Source: Acidobacteriota bacterium
GTDB taxonomy: Bacteria; Acidobacteriota; CAIWXX01
Reading direction: 5' to 3'
Assembly (NCBI GenBank): GCA_040755995.1
Contig: JBFMAF010000008.1
Location: 32,001-96,000, forward strand
Length of the DNA stretch: 64,000 bases
Below, piece by piece: positions 10,960 through 20,876 of the stretch (position 1 is its first letter; each line of letters starts with the position of its first letter). The translations under genes were made by a program, and so were the position numbers. The notes beneath the pieces were generated by a model. The model had not been told where the DNA came from. It ran no database searches and worked only from the letters and a program-made list of their open reading frames with translations.

Positions 10960-11427
10960 ATGGGCGTCGATTGGCTCAGTGCCGCCATCGAGGAGTTGCC
11001 CAGGATCGCCTGCCTGCGCGACGCCACATTCGAGTCGCGGGTGCAGAGAATGGGCAATTGCGGTGTGGGCATCACGAACCTGATCCTGGCTCCCACGGGG
11101 CAACTGAAAGCCTGCCTCTACCTGGAAGAGGATGAGTGCTTCGGGGATCTGAGAATCCAGACACTGGAAGACGTGTTCAACAGCCCGAGGGTGCGGGCGC
11201 TGGGAGAGCTGAGGGCGCCCGGAGGCGCCAGTTGCGCAGCCTGCACCTACGAGATGTTCTGTATGGGGTGTATCGTCAGGGGCATGAAGATCGTGGCCAA
11301 GCACAAACGGCAGTGCCGCTGGGCCCAGGAGAGAGAGTTGGGCCGGGCATTTCCCTCGTGCACTGACTATCCGTTTCAGGGAGGCGAAGGAATCTTCCGG
11401 GTGAACCCGAGTCAGTCCGTGTGCTAG
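10960..11427 (+). pseudogene. SPASM domain of a radical SAM maturase, lacking the radical SAM core
   Basis: CGVG...APTGQLKAC...GDLRIQTLEDVF...CAACTYEMFCMGC; in-frame TGA at 10948 and no CxxxCxxC upstream. Confidence 0.7.
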
Positions 11428-11451
11428 GCCCCGTCTGAGGCCGATTCCGAG

Positions 11452-13311
11452 ATGTGGGAAGCGTATTCGCTTGTCAAGCGGGCTCTCTTAGGACCGGTCG
11501 CATCGTGTTCGAGCCCTGGGGTTTTCGAGACACCGCGGCACCTGGGCTACCGCGACCTGGGGAGACTCCGGCCGTTCCTGGCCTCTCACTGGCGAAACGG
11601 GGCGGTGGCCGTTGCAGCGATGCTCGTGAGCACGCTGCTCTCGTTGCCGCAGCCGATGCTGGCGAAGTACGTTGTCGACGTTGTGATCGCAGGGCACGAC
11701 ATGCGGTTGCTCAACGTTGTTGGGCTCGGGATGATCGCCCTCGCAGTCGCAACCGCCCTGACTGGCCTCGTCCAGAACGTCCACCTGCTCCGATTCCAGC
11801 AGGATCTCATCTGCGAGATTCAGCAGAGGCTGCTGGATCGGGTCCTGCGCCTGCCGAAAGCGCTGCTGGACTCGAAGCAGACCGGGTACCTTGTCTCCCG
11901 GGTGGTGAGCGACGTCGCGCGGTTGCAGGCGCTCTTCTCGACGGGTGTGATCATGGTATTGCCCTCGGCGGTGAAGCTGACGTTCTGGCTCGGGGTGATG
12001 TTCTGGCTCAACTGGCGGCTGTCGCTGCAGGCGCTGGCGATCCTGCCGCTGATGATGTTGATAGCTCATCGGGCGGGAGGCCGCGTGAGGACTCTGAGCC
12101 GCGTGGCGATGGAGCGCGCGGCGGTGCTGTCTCGGGAGCTGCAGCAGTCGCTGGCGGGCCTGATGGTGATCAAGACGTTTGCCACTGAGTCCCGCGAGAC
12201 CCTGCGGCTGAAAGGAATTCTGCGCGATTCGATCGAGGTAGGAGTGGATCACGGTGTAGCCTCGACGGTCGCCACCCTGACGATCGGCCTGGTTGGAACG
12301 GTTGCACTGAGTTTGGTGACATGGGCTGGAGCGGGCCAGATCATCGCAGGATCGATGACGCTGGGAGATTTCGTCGCGTTTAACGCGTGTCTGGTAGCCA
12401 TTTACGGTCCGGCGCAGGCGCTGGTCTCGTTGAATGTCGCGGTGCAGGCCTCGTTTGCCGCACTAGAGCGGGTGTTCCAGTTGCTAGACCTGGTGCCCGA
12501 GGACGAGGACGACGATTCGAAAACGACCGTGCGGACCATCCGGGGTGACATCGCCTTCGAACACGTGATGTTCTCGTACGACGGCGTGAAACCGGTCCTG
12601 ACGGACATCTCGTTTGCCGCGAGACCGGGCGAGATGATCGCGCTGGTCGGTCCGAGCGGGGCGGGCAAGACGACGCTGGTCAGTCTGCTGGTGCGGTTGT
12701 ACAGCCCGTCCAGCGGTCGGATCCGCATCGACGGCACAGACGTCGCCGAGCTGAACGTGAGGTCGGTCCGGGAGCGGATCGCGGTCGTCTCCCAGGACGT
12801 ATTCCTCTTCGACGCCACGATTCGCGACAACATCCGGTACGCGAGGCCCTCGGCGTCTGATGCGGACGTCCGAGAAGCCGCGGCGCTGGCGGGCGCGCAG
12901 CAGTTCATCGAGGAGTTGCCGGACGGGTACGAAACGCGGGTCGGAGAGAGAGGCCAACGGCTGTCGGCAGGACAGAGACAGCGGTTGTCGCTGGCGCGGG
13001 CGTTTCTGAAGAGCCCCGATGTACTCGTCCTCGATGAGCCGACCTCGGCGCTGGATCCGTTGGCCGAGGGAGAAGTCAAGACGGCGATGACGCGGTTTGC
13101 CGAGGACCGGACCACGTTCGTGATCGGCCATCGTCTTTCCACGGTGGCCTGCGCGACGCGGATTCTGGTGCTCGACAAGGGGGTGATCGTCCAGGCGGGC
13201 TCGCACAGCGAGCTGATTCGACAGGAAGGGTTGTACAAGTCGATGTGCCGGAATCGGATGATCGCGGATCTCGTGCCTGCCGCGGCTGTGTCCAGGAAGA
13301 CAGGGTGCTGA
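11452..13311 (+). CDS. ABC exporter, fused permease/ATPase
   Basis: TM domain, GPSGAGKT, LSAGQRQR, VLVLDEPTSALD, IGHRLST. Confidence 0.92.
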   Translation: MWEAYSLVKRALLGPVASCSSPGVFETPRHLGYRDLGRLRPFLASHWRNGAVAVAAMLVSTLLSLPQPMLAKYVVDVVIAGHDMRLLNVVGLGMIALAVATALTGLVQNVHLLRFQQDLICEIQQRLLDRVLRLPKALLDSKQTGYLVSRVVSDVARLQALFSTGVIMVLPSAVKLTFWLGVMFWLNWRLSLQALAILPLMMLIAHRAGGRVRTLSRVAMERAAVLSRELQQSLAGLMVIKTFATESRETLRLKGILRDSIEVGVDHGVASTVATLTIGLVGTVALSLVTWAGAGQIIAGSMTLGDFVAFNACLVAIYGPAQALVSLNVAVQASFAALERVFQLLDLVPEDEDDDSKTTVRTIRGDIAFEHVMFSYDGVKPVLTDISFAARPGEMIALVGPSGAGKTTLVSLLVRLYSPSSGRIRIDGTDVAELNVRSVRERIAVVSQDVFLFDATIRDNIRYARPSASDADVREAAALAGAQQFIEELPDGYETRVGERGQRLSAGQRQRLSLARAFLKSPDVLVLDEPTSALDPLAEGEVKTAMTRFAEDRTTFVIGHRLSTVACATRILVLDKGVIVQAGSHSELIRQEGLYKSMCRNRMIADLVPAAAVSRKTGC

Positions 13312-13325
13312 GGCCCGGCAGGCGA

Positions 13326-13388
13326 TTGGACACGCCCATGGTCCAGCAGACCTGGCGCTCTTGCAGCGTGTTCTCCGCCGGTACGGAA
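13326..13388. repeat. Inverted imperfect copy of ~15008-15068 (internal to the Ntn-hydrolase gene)
   Basis: Encodes DTPMVQQTWRSCSVFSAGTE versus DTPMIQQTWRFCSVFSAGTE on the minus strand. Confidence 0.85.
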
Positions 13389-13401
13389 TTCCCCGGCGCC
13401 T

Positions 13402-14119
13402 TGGCCATGACCGGGACGGCCGTCTGGGGTTCCGCACTCGGCGATGTCCAGGCCCGGCTCATCGGCGTTCCGGTAGCTTTCGGCGTCGGCTTGGCCGTTG
13501 CCCTGGCAGTCCAGAGGAAGCGGGGATTGGGAATGGCTCTGGTCGGAACGGGGGTTCCCGCCGTCAACCATGTCGGGGTCTTTATCATCCCGGGGTTGTT
13601 ACCGTTTCAGGAGAGTCTGCCGGGATTCGCTGAAATGGCCCTGACCGCGCTGGTTCTGGCGATGTTCATTGGGATCATCGCCCTTCGCATCCGCGATGAG
13701 AACCAGGCACTTGAGATCCTTCCCGAATCATTCGCCCGGATCCACCGGACCTATGTCGTCAACCTGGACCAGGTCGAATCGTACAGGCATCTCGGAGGGA
13801 GCCGTTATGCGATCCGGTTGAAGAACGGGGATATTCTCCCGATGAGCCGCCATCGGCTCCGGGAACTCGAGCGCGTGTTCGGGAAGGATTGCCCGGGACG
13901 GATTTGATCAGATGGTTCGTTGACAGTGAAGGTCACCCGGTCATGAAGTTCCCAAGTGAGACTCGTAAGATCAGGCCAGTTGGATCTGCTCGTCGAACGC
14001 CTGATCGATGATTGCGTTCGACACCACCCCATGTTCGCCGGCCGACAGTTCGCACCTCGGCGGCGTGGAGCCGGCTCCGCTGCAGGCGCCGGGGATGATG
14101 TCGAGGACCAACTGCTTCC
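13402..14119 (+). pseudogene. Internally deleted duplicate of the kinase/LytTR locus (7081-7399 joined to 8533-8931)
   Basis: Direct DNA similarity; junction at shared AGATCCT (13714-13720). Confidence 0.9.
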
Positions 14120-14190
14120 GGTCGAGCACAAACAAAGCCGCGGGTACGGGTGCCGGCCTTCGGCCTGGGTACGGTGCGTTGTGTCATGAT

Positions 14191-15330
14191 TCATCGCTCT
14201 GAGGCACCGCCTCGCTGGGTGCTGTCGGAGGCCGGGCCAGTGCTGTCTCCTTGCCGCGGCCAGAGTCCTTCCAGATGATAAAGAACATCCCACTTCTGAT
14301 ACACCGAGAAATGCAGATCCAACGTCTTCGGTGCATAGACGACAGACCACGTGGTGCCCTTCTGCGCAACTTCCTGAAGGAGTTTCATTCCGGCACTCCG
14401 GTCCGCGTTTCCTCTGGTCTTGTCGAGGGCTTCTGAGATGGTTCGGAAGCGCCAGCACTGTTCTCGAAGACTCGCATCCGGCACGCCGAACACCGGTTTC
14501 GTTGTGAGGACCTGCCAGGACCTCTGGGGGCGCACTATTCTCCACTGATCCTGCTCGTGTTCCAGGATCACCGAACGCCCCGATGCATCGGCGACCAGGA
14601 AATGCGCGTTGAACGAGTTTCGATCGAGGTCGAAGGGGATGAAGTCATTGATGAATGCCACCGCCTCCTCGACACTCCTCGTCCGGTCGAGGATCATGCG
14701 TATCAAGAAGGTAGTGAAGACCAATTGCTTGTTGGCTCTCGGCGCATGAGTGGTGGGTCTCACGCCGGCGACTGCAACAGTCAAGCCGTGCTCGTTGATG
14801 CCGTCCATGGCATAGAACGGGGCCAGAAGGAGCCTGTTCCCCATCTCACTCCCTTTGACCTGCTCGAGGTCAACGTTCAATGGAAATCCAATATCAATTG
14901 CCCTGGTAAACGAAATAGAGGAGTACCCGTTGGGAGGTTGATAGAAACTGACGATGATCGAGCCGACATTCTGATTGTCCCAATTCCTTCCGATGATTGG
15001 ACAGTGTTCCGTGCCGGCGGAGAATACGCTACAAAAGCGCCAGGTCTGCTGGATCATGGGCGTGTCCAGTGCTTTCTGGTTTTCCTTCCGGAACAGCTCC
15101 TCGCGATCGCCGAAATGTGTGATGAGGTAGAGCCCGTCCTGGCACATTCCCCCTGTTCCCTGGACCTTCACAATGCTCTGCTGCGTTCTGGCCTCATCTG
15201 ACATCGACCGCGGAGGCTGTTGGAATCTCACCTCGACGATCTCCTGCTGCGCACGCGCGAGCCCGGCGATGATGAACAGGGAAATCAATGACGACGCCCA
15301 GACCCTCCCCGGATCTCGATTGAATGACAT
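14191..15330 (-). CDS. Secreted Ntn-hydrolase (C45 / linear amide C-N hydrolase family)
   Basis: FCSVF nucleophile Cys, GRNWD, DGINEHGL, HFLVADASG; GGAGG before ATG 15330. Confidence 0.8.
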   Translation of the reverse strand: MSFNRDPGRVWASSLISLFIIAGLARAQQEIVEVRFQQPPRSMSDEARTQQSIVKVQGTGGMCQDGLYLITHFGDREELFRKENQKALDTPMIQQTWRFCSVFSAGTEHCPIIGRNWDNQNVGSIIVSFYQPPNGYSSISFTRAIDIGFPLNVDLEQVKGSEMGNRLLLAPFYAMDGINEHGLTVAVAGVRPTTHAPRANKQLVFTTFLIRMILDRTRSVEEAVAFINDFIPFDLDRNSFNAHFLVADASGRSVILEHEQDQWRIVRPQRSWQVLTTKPVFGVPDASLREQCWRFRTISEALDKTRGNADRSAGMKLLQEVAQKGTTWSVVYAPKTLDLHFSVYQKWDVLYHLEGLWPRQGDSTGPASDSTQRGGASER

Positions 15331-15486
15331 CTGGGACCTCCTCTCCATCTCTGTACGTGGGTCCATGTTTTCGCGTTCCACTCGGCCTTCTCATGAGTGT
15401 ACGGTTGCGGAGCGGAGAGAAGTCGAGAAAAGACTCCGAATCGCTCTTTGAGACTCCCAGCTGCGTCCGCATGCCTGAACGCGCGA

Positions 15487-16650
15487 TTACCCGGCGGGTC
15501 TGGGGATTTCAGGTGGGCGGGCGTTTCGTGCGAGATCGACGAGCCGCCGGCAACTGGCAGCCAGGTCCGGACCGTGGCGATGCAAGTCGCCGCCGATAAG
15601 CAACACGACGTCAGGGCCGTAGAACGAGATCAGCTCGGGGACGCGCGGCAGGCTCATGCCGCCGGCCGGCACGGGGAAGATGGGATTGAGGCCCCCCAGG
15701 TCGCACTCGGTGCACTGCACGATATCGAGACACTCCTCGCGGCTGAACGAGAAGCGCCCGCGGAAACTGGGGAAGATCGTGGCGTCTGCGCCGGCGAGCC
15801 GCGCGATGCGACCGAATATCGTGCCATGAGAAATACCCGAGTCCCCGCTCACGATCGCCCAACCCTGCCACGCCGGATGGCTGAAGATCGGCAGGGCGAT
15901 CGAGTCGTCCTCGGCGATCCGCCGCATGAAGTCGAAGCCGCTGAGACCCGGCGAGAGTACGAAGCCGCCCGCTCCCCACTCAACCGCCTTGTGCACGCGC
16001 TCGATGAGCTCGTCGCACGGTGCCGTGACGTTAGGCAAATAGATGCAACGCCCGCCGTGCTTGGCGTTGGCCTCGTTCACGGCTGCGGCGCAGCGTCTCA
16101 CACGCTCCTCGAAGCGGCAGAAGCTCTGGTCGCAGAGGCCGTGGTCATCCTTGACCGCATCAATGCCGCCCGCTGCGAACTGGCCAGCAAGGATGGCCAG
16201 CTCGTGCGGCGAGAGCCCCATCGGCTTGACGGCGGTGCAGAGCAGCGGACCGGCCGGGCGACCGACCAGCCCGCGCACCCCCTGCCGGCCGAAGCGCGGC
16301 CCCTTGTACAACGCAGCCAGCCCCGGCGGCAGATCGAAGCCGACGAGCCTGATTCCCCTCTTCAGGCTTATGTTGCCCATGAGGACATTGAGCAGTTGTG
16401 TAAGCTCGCGGCCTGCGACCTCGATCGGATAGTCTACTTCCGCGCGATGCAGATCTTCTCCGAGCGGCCTGAGGTCCACTAGCCGGCCGATGATCCCCTC
16501 GCGCACGTCCTCGCGGTGGATCAGCTCCACCGGGAACTCCACTGTCTGCTCGACGCAGATCTCGCGCGCGATTTCCCCGGCCTCTGCCGCGTTCCCGCGC
16601 AGGTGGTAGACCGCCCGTAGGCGTTCACCGCTCAATGCCGGCGTTCCCAA
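15487..16650 (-). CDS. RuBisCO-like protein (form IV), KDDH type
   Basis: ICVEQT, GPRFG, KPMGL, GGIDAVKDDHGL, YLPNVT, SHPA, PAGGM, IGG; probable TTG start just after the transketolase stop. Confidence 0.9.
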   Translation of the reverse strand: MGTPALSGERLRAVYHLRGNAAEAGEIAREICVEQTVEFPVELIHREDVREGIIGRLVDLRPLGEDLHRAEVDYPIEVAGRELTQLLNVLMGNISLKRGIRLVGFDLPPGLAALYKGPRFGRQGVRGLVGRPAGPLLCTAVKPMGLSPHELAILAGQFAAGGIDAVKDDHGLCDQSFCRFEERVRRCAAAVNEANAKHGGRCIYLPNVTAPCDELIERVHKAVEWGAGGFVLSPGLSGFDFMRRIAEDDSIALPIFSHPAWQGWAIVSGDSGISHGTIFGRIARLAGADATIFPSFRGRFSFSREECLDIVQCTECDLGGLNPIFPVPAGGMSLPRVPELISFYGPDVVLLIGGDLHRHGPDLAASCRRLVDLARNARPPEIPRPAG

Positions 16651-16660
16651 TGCTGCAGCC

Positions 16661-17680
16661 TCAAAGGTCCTCGACCACGCCGCCGCGGACCGGCTCAGGC
16701 GGCTCCGCCGCTGCCAGATCCTCCTCGCGCACACCCAGGGACTCGCCTGCCAATTCCTCAATTGCCCGCAAGAGGCCGAGGGCGTCGAGGCCATACTCGC
16801 GCATCAAATAGGTCCTGCTCGCACCGTGGGCGTAACAGTCCCTGAGCCCGAGGCGTACGAGCTTGCGCCCCACACCCGCCCCGGCCATCAGCTCGGCCGT
16901 CGCCGAGCCGAGTCCGCCGATTGTCGAGTGGTTCTCCAAGGTGATCACGCCGAGGCGTGCCGTCTGAACCGCATCGATCACTTGCGGATCGTCGAACGGC
17001 TTGAGTGTCGAGACGTGCAGGTGCGTAGCCGAGAGACCCCGGCGCTCGGCGGCCGCGATCGCCCGCACCGCCTCCTCGGTGCAGATGCCGCTCGTGATCA
17101 CAGCCAAATCGGTCCCCCGACGCAGCGTGCGAGCCTTGCCGATCTGGAGCGGCTCGTCGCGCGGGAACAGGCGAGGCACTTCGCCGCGCAGCATCCTCAC
17201 ATAGACAGGCCCATCGACCGGGTGAACCGCGTCGAGCACCGACTCCACATCGGTTGCGTCTCCGCAGTCGGTGACCGTCATGTTGGGCAGGGCCCGCATC
17301 AGCGCCACGTCGTCGATCGCCTGATGAGTCACGCCCCCAGGGGTGGTGACTCCTGGCAGGAAGCCGATCAGCCGCACCCTCAGATTCGGATAGGCAATCG
17401 ACATGGCGACCTGGTCCAGAGCCCGGCGGCAGATGAAGACGGCGAAGGTGTGGACATACGGGACAAAGCCCTCGCGGGCCAGGCCGCCTGCAAAGCCGAC
17501 CATGTTCTGCTCGGCCATGCCGAAAGAGAAAAAGCGCGCAGGGTAGGTCTCCCGAAAGTCGTCGGCCTCACACGACGATGTCAGGTCTGCGCTGAGCACG
17601 AGCAGCTCGGGATGATTCGCGGCGAAGCGAACCAAGTTGCGGGCGTGGGGCCGCTGCACCATCTCCATCTCAGGCCTCAC
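16661..17680 (-). CDS. Transketolase C-terminal subunit
   Basis: LSADL, GMAEQNM, TFAVF, GVTHQAIDD, TLKPFD, ENHSTIGGLG. Confidence 0.92.
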   Translation of the reverse strand: MRPEMEMVQRPHARNLVRFAANHPELLVLSADLTSSCEADDFRETYPARFFSFGMAEQNMVGFAGGLAREGFVPYVHTFAVFICRRALDQVAMSIAYPNLRVRLIGFLPGVTTPGGVTHQAIDDVALMRALPNMTVTDCGDATDVESVLDAVHPVDGPVYVRMLRGEVPRLFPRDEPLQIGKARTLRRGTDLAVITSGICTEEAVRAIAAAERRGLSATHLHVSTLKPFDDPQVIDAVQTARLGVITLENHSTIGGLGSATAELMAGAGVGRKLVRLGLRDCYAHGASRTYLMREYGLDALGLLRAIEELAGESLGVREEDLAAAEPPEPVRGGVVEDL

Positions 17681-18599
17681 TCAGATCGACCAGTGCGCGC
17701 CTGTAGGCCTCCCGCTCTGCCTCTGACTTGAAGCGCACGTAGTGGAGCCGCGGGCGGCGCTCCTCCAGCAGCGCGAGGCCGCGGCAGGGATCGGTGCGGC
17801 AAATCACCGCCAGTGGCCTGCCGGGCGCGAAGCCCTCACCTGCACTCGCGAGCGCCTCCAGGTCGTGGCCGTCGACTTCCTCGACCCGGGCTCCGAATGC
17901 TTCGAGCCGTGCCCGGAGCGGTTCGATGCGCATGACGTCGTCTATCTTGCCGTCGCACTGCTGCCCGTTGGCGTCGATGTAGACGCCGAGGTTGTCGACA
18001 CTGTGGTAGCTGAGCGCGGCAAATGCCTCCCATGTCTGCCCCTCTTGAAACTCGCCGTCGGACATGAAGACCCAGACCCGGCCTGTGTCGCCGCGCAGCT
18101 TGCGCGCAAGGGCGATGCCGCCCGCCTGGCTGATCGCCTGGGCGAGCGATCCGGCGGTGATTTCGTGGCCCGGCGAGTGCTCGGCGCCGATCATCTCCAA
18201 CGTACTCCCATCCTTGTTGAAGTCGTCAAGGGCGCAGTCGCCAAGGCGGCCGACCTCTATCAGCGCGGAGTAGAGTACAAGCGCGTAGTGCACGGGCGAG
18301 AAGATGAAGCGGTCGAGCTCAGGAGCTCTCTGCCCGTTGTAGTCGGCGCCGGTGAAAGCCCGAAGCTCGCCGGCCCGGGGCGTGGCGACGAACGGCCCAG
18401 GCACGAGCGGGCCCTGGCTCGGCCCCAGGCGCATCACTTTAAGGTAAAGAGCGGCCAGGATCTCCGCGGAGGAGCACGCCTGACTGAGATAGCCGCCGTT
18501 GTTTCTAAGCGTATGCTCCAGCACTCGCCGTCGAACCCCTCGCGCCATCCGGGCAGCTCGCGCTTGCCAGTCGTCAGCTGTGCCGTTGTGCCTCGTCAT
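17670..18599 (-). CDS. Transketolase N-terminal (ThDP-binding) subunit, atypical
   Basis: DRFIFS, GSLAQA, SDGEFQEGQTWEA...DAN, VDGHD. Confidence 0.88.
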   Translation of the reverse strand: MTRHNGTADDWQARAARMARGVRRRVLEHTLRNNGGYLSQACSSAEILAALYLKVMRLGPSQGPLVPGPFVATPRAGELRAFTGADYNGQRAPELDRFIFSPVHYALVLYSALIEVGRLGDCALDDFNKDGSTLEMIGAEHSPGHEITAGSLAQAISQAGGIALARKLRGDTGRVWVFMSDGEFQEGQTWEAFAALSYHSVDNLGVYIDANGQQCDGKIDDVMRIEPLRARLEAFGARVEEVDGHDLEALASAGEGFAPGRPLAVICRTDPCRGLALLEERRPRLHYVRFKSEAEREAYRRALVDLSEA

Positions 18600-18770
18600 C
18601 TGCTCGCTCCGCGCCAACCCTCGTCTGCCTCAATCTACACCACTTCCCTCGTGCCACGCCACCGCCTCCGCCATGAATGCCGGAGGCACCGAGGATGGCC
18701 GAATGGCCGAGGATGATGTTGACACACCGTTCGTCCAGCGGCAAGGATCGCGTGCGAAGGGGCTTCCAGC

Positions 18771-20056
18771 GTGCGCGTCTGGTCACGATTCCTTTGCGCG
18801 TCCTTGGCCGGAGGGCTGCTTCTAGCATCGATCACAGAGGCTGAGCGGCTGCCCATAAAGATGTTCACAACAGCCGACGGGTTGGCGCGTGACCACGTCA
18901 ACGATATTTTCTGTGACTCGAAAGGCTACGTCTGGCTGTGCACCACCGAGGGGCTGTCCCGGTACGACGGATACGGATTCAGGAATTACGGGATCGCCGA
19001 CGGCCTCCCGCATCCCTTGGTCACAGACATGGTTGAGGCCGGGGAGGGCCGGTACTCGGTGGCCACGGCTGGCGGGCTCTGCATGTTCGATGCAACGCGA
19101 GGCGGGAAGTTCACGGTCTGTGGACCTACTAGTGAGGCCGCGGGGGGCAGGTTCGTCGGAGCGATCACACCGAATAGGTCCGGATGGCTGTGGTGTGCCA
19201 CTGGCGCCGGTCTCCTCAGGATGCGGTTGGAGCGGAACAAACCGCGATTCGAAAAGGTTGATTTCGGCATGGCCTGGCCAACCAAAGAAGGCCCGCGAGT
19301 TCTCGACGTCGTCGAAGATCGGCTTGGCAGACTATGGATTGCGGCAGAGGGTGAGCTCTACAGCTACGATACCAACGCTCGCGCCGGCACCCGCGTCCCC
19401 GGCTTCGGCTCACCGTCCAATGGCGTCGGTGTGCTCCTGGCCGATCGAGACGGTAGCACATGGGTAGGGACAACAAATGGCGTCTACAAGCTGGCCGTGG
19501 ACGCGGCTGGTGAGGTTGCGGTGGAGCAGTCCTGGGGAGCCGCGACAGGGCTTCCTGTGGCGCACGTCGGGTCGCTGTTCCAGTCTTCGGACGGCAGCGT
19601 CTGGGTGGGCACGTTCGGCGGCTTGACATCATTCCGTCCGAATCGGGACGCAGGCGGATTCGATCTGCGATCCTACACGACGGCCAATGGTCTCAGCGAC
19701 GTCGGAATCGGGAGCATCACAGAAGACAGGGATGACAACCTGTGGGTCGGTACCGAGGTCGGCGGCGTGATGAAGATCTCGCAGAGCGGGTTCATGTCCT
19801 ACGACGGGGCCGACGGGCTGGGAGGCATTCGAATCGATGCAATCTTCGAGGACCTGCAGGGGGAACTCTGTGCCTACACCACCCTGCGAGACAGCATCAA
19901 CATATCGAGGTGGATGGGAAACGCCTTTCGAGTCACGCGGCCGAATCTTCCCTGCGGGATCACCTACACGGGGTGGGGCACCCACCAGCTCGCTCTACAG
20001 GACCACACGGGTGAGTGGTGGATACCCACCGGACAGGGGCTCTGCCGCTACCCGGG
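18771..20056 (+). pseudogene. Two-component regulator propeller (Reg_prop) sensor, 3'-truncated
   Basis: Repeats DGL...DSKGYVWL, EDRLGRLWI, EDRDDNLWVGT; family similarity ends at GLCRYP. Confidence 0.75.
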
Positions 20057-20493
20057 TAGTCAGCCCCAAAGAGACCGCTCACGGGGAGCTCGGCCGCAGG
20101 GAGGAATGAATCGGGCTGGTCATGATCGGCATTGTTGACCAGGATGTCGACCTTTCCGAGAAGCGCTTCAGCCTTGTCCATGAGGCGTAGGATGTTGTCG
20201 GGGTCGGCAAGGTCAACCTCCCATGCCTCGCAGCGGCCTCCGAACGAGTCGACAGAGCGGATGACACCTTCGGCGCCCTGGGCAAGTATCTTGTGGTAGA
20301 GGTTGGGGCCTGGGTCCTCCGACGCTTTGAGTTCCCCATTACATCCCACTCCGAGCCACTCTGGAAAGAGCCGCAGGTACGTCACGAAGATGTCCGCCCC
20401 TTCGCTGGCCAGCGCGATGGCCGTGGCTGCGCCAATGCCGTGATTGGCGCCTGTCACCAGCGCCACCTTGCCATTGAGTCCAGTGTCCATCAT
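20051..20493 (-). pseudogene. SDR oxidoreductase, 3'-truncated
   Basis: GKVALVTGANHGIG and ILVNNA present, YxxxK half absent; AAGGAG RBS. Confidence 0.78.
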
Positions 20494-20694
20494 GGTCGTT
20501 CTCCTTTGAGGAATGACAGAATGCACGGATCGCCATGCCCGCCGACAGCGGGTCGAAGGAGGAGTAACTCAGGATAGGCTTACTTCATCGTCTTCTGGAC
20601 CAGACAATAGGCCGTTCGAGCAGGCATGTCAATCCATGCGCGATGAGACACAATGCAAGCGAGATGGGGCCGCGAGTCTCCGCGGGTGCACAAC

Positions 20695-20710
20695 GTCGCA
20701 ATCACGCGAC
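20695..20710. promoter_or_regulatory. Putative sigma-54 activator binding site (UAS)
   Basis: GTCGCAATCACGCGAC; 13/16 identical to 24587-24602; ~130 bp upstream of a -24/-12 promoter. Confidence 0.75.
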
Positions 20711-20836
20711 TAGCTCCCGCCGGACCGTCGCAGTGGCGCGGCTCCTAACACGTCCACGGCGCTCCGGACCCTCTCCAAGCGCTTGATCAGCAACTGCCTG
20801 ATTCACCTCTGCCAAGACCCCCTGCCGCACGGCCCA

Positions 20837-20853
20837 TCGGCACGTGAATTGCA
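20837..20853 (+). promoter_or_regulatory. Sigma-54 (-24/-12) promoter
   Basis: CGGCACGTGAATTGCA, GG-N10-GC. Confidence 0.8.
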
Positions 20854-20876
20854 GGGCTACCAAGGGGAGGCGTACC

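Noticed and set aside
15487..16650. True CO2-fixing RuBisCO
   Set aside because: KDDH motif, short length, no small subunit or PRK in window
18630..18656. TGGCACG upstream of the transketolase
   Set aside because: No -12 TTGC element at the required distance
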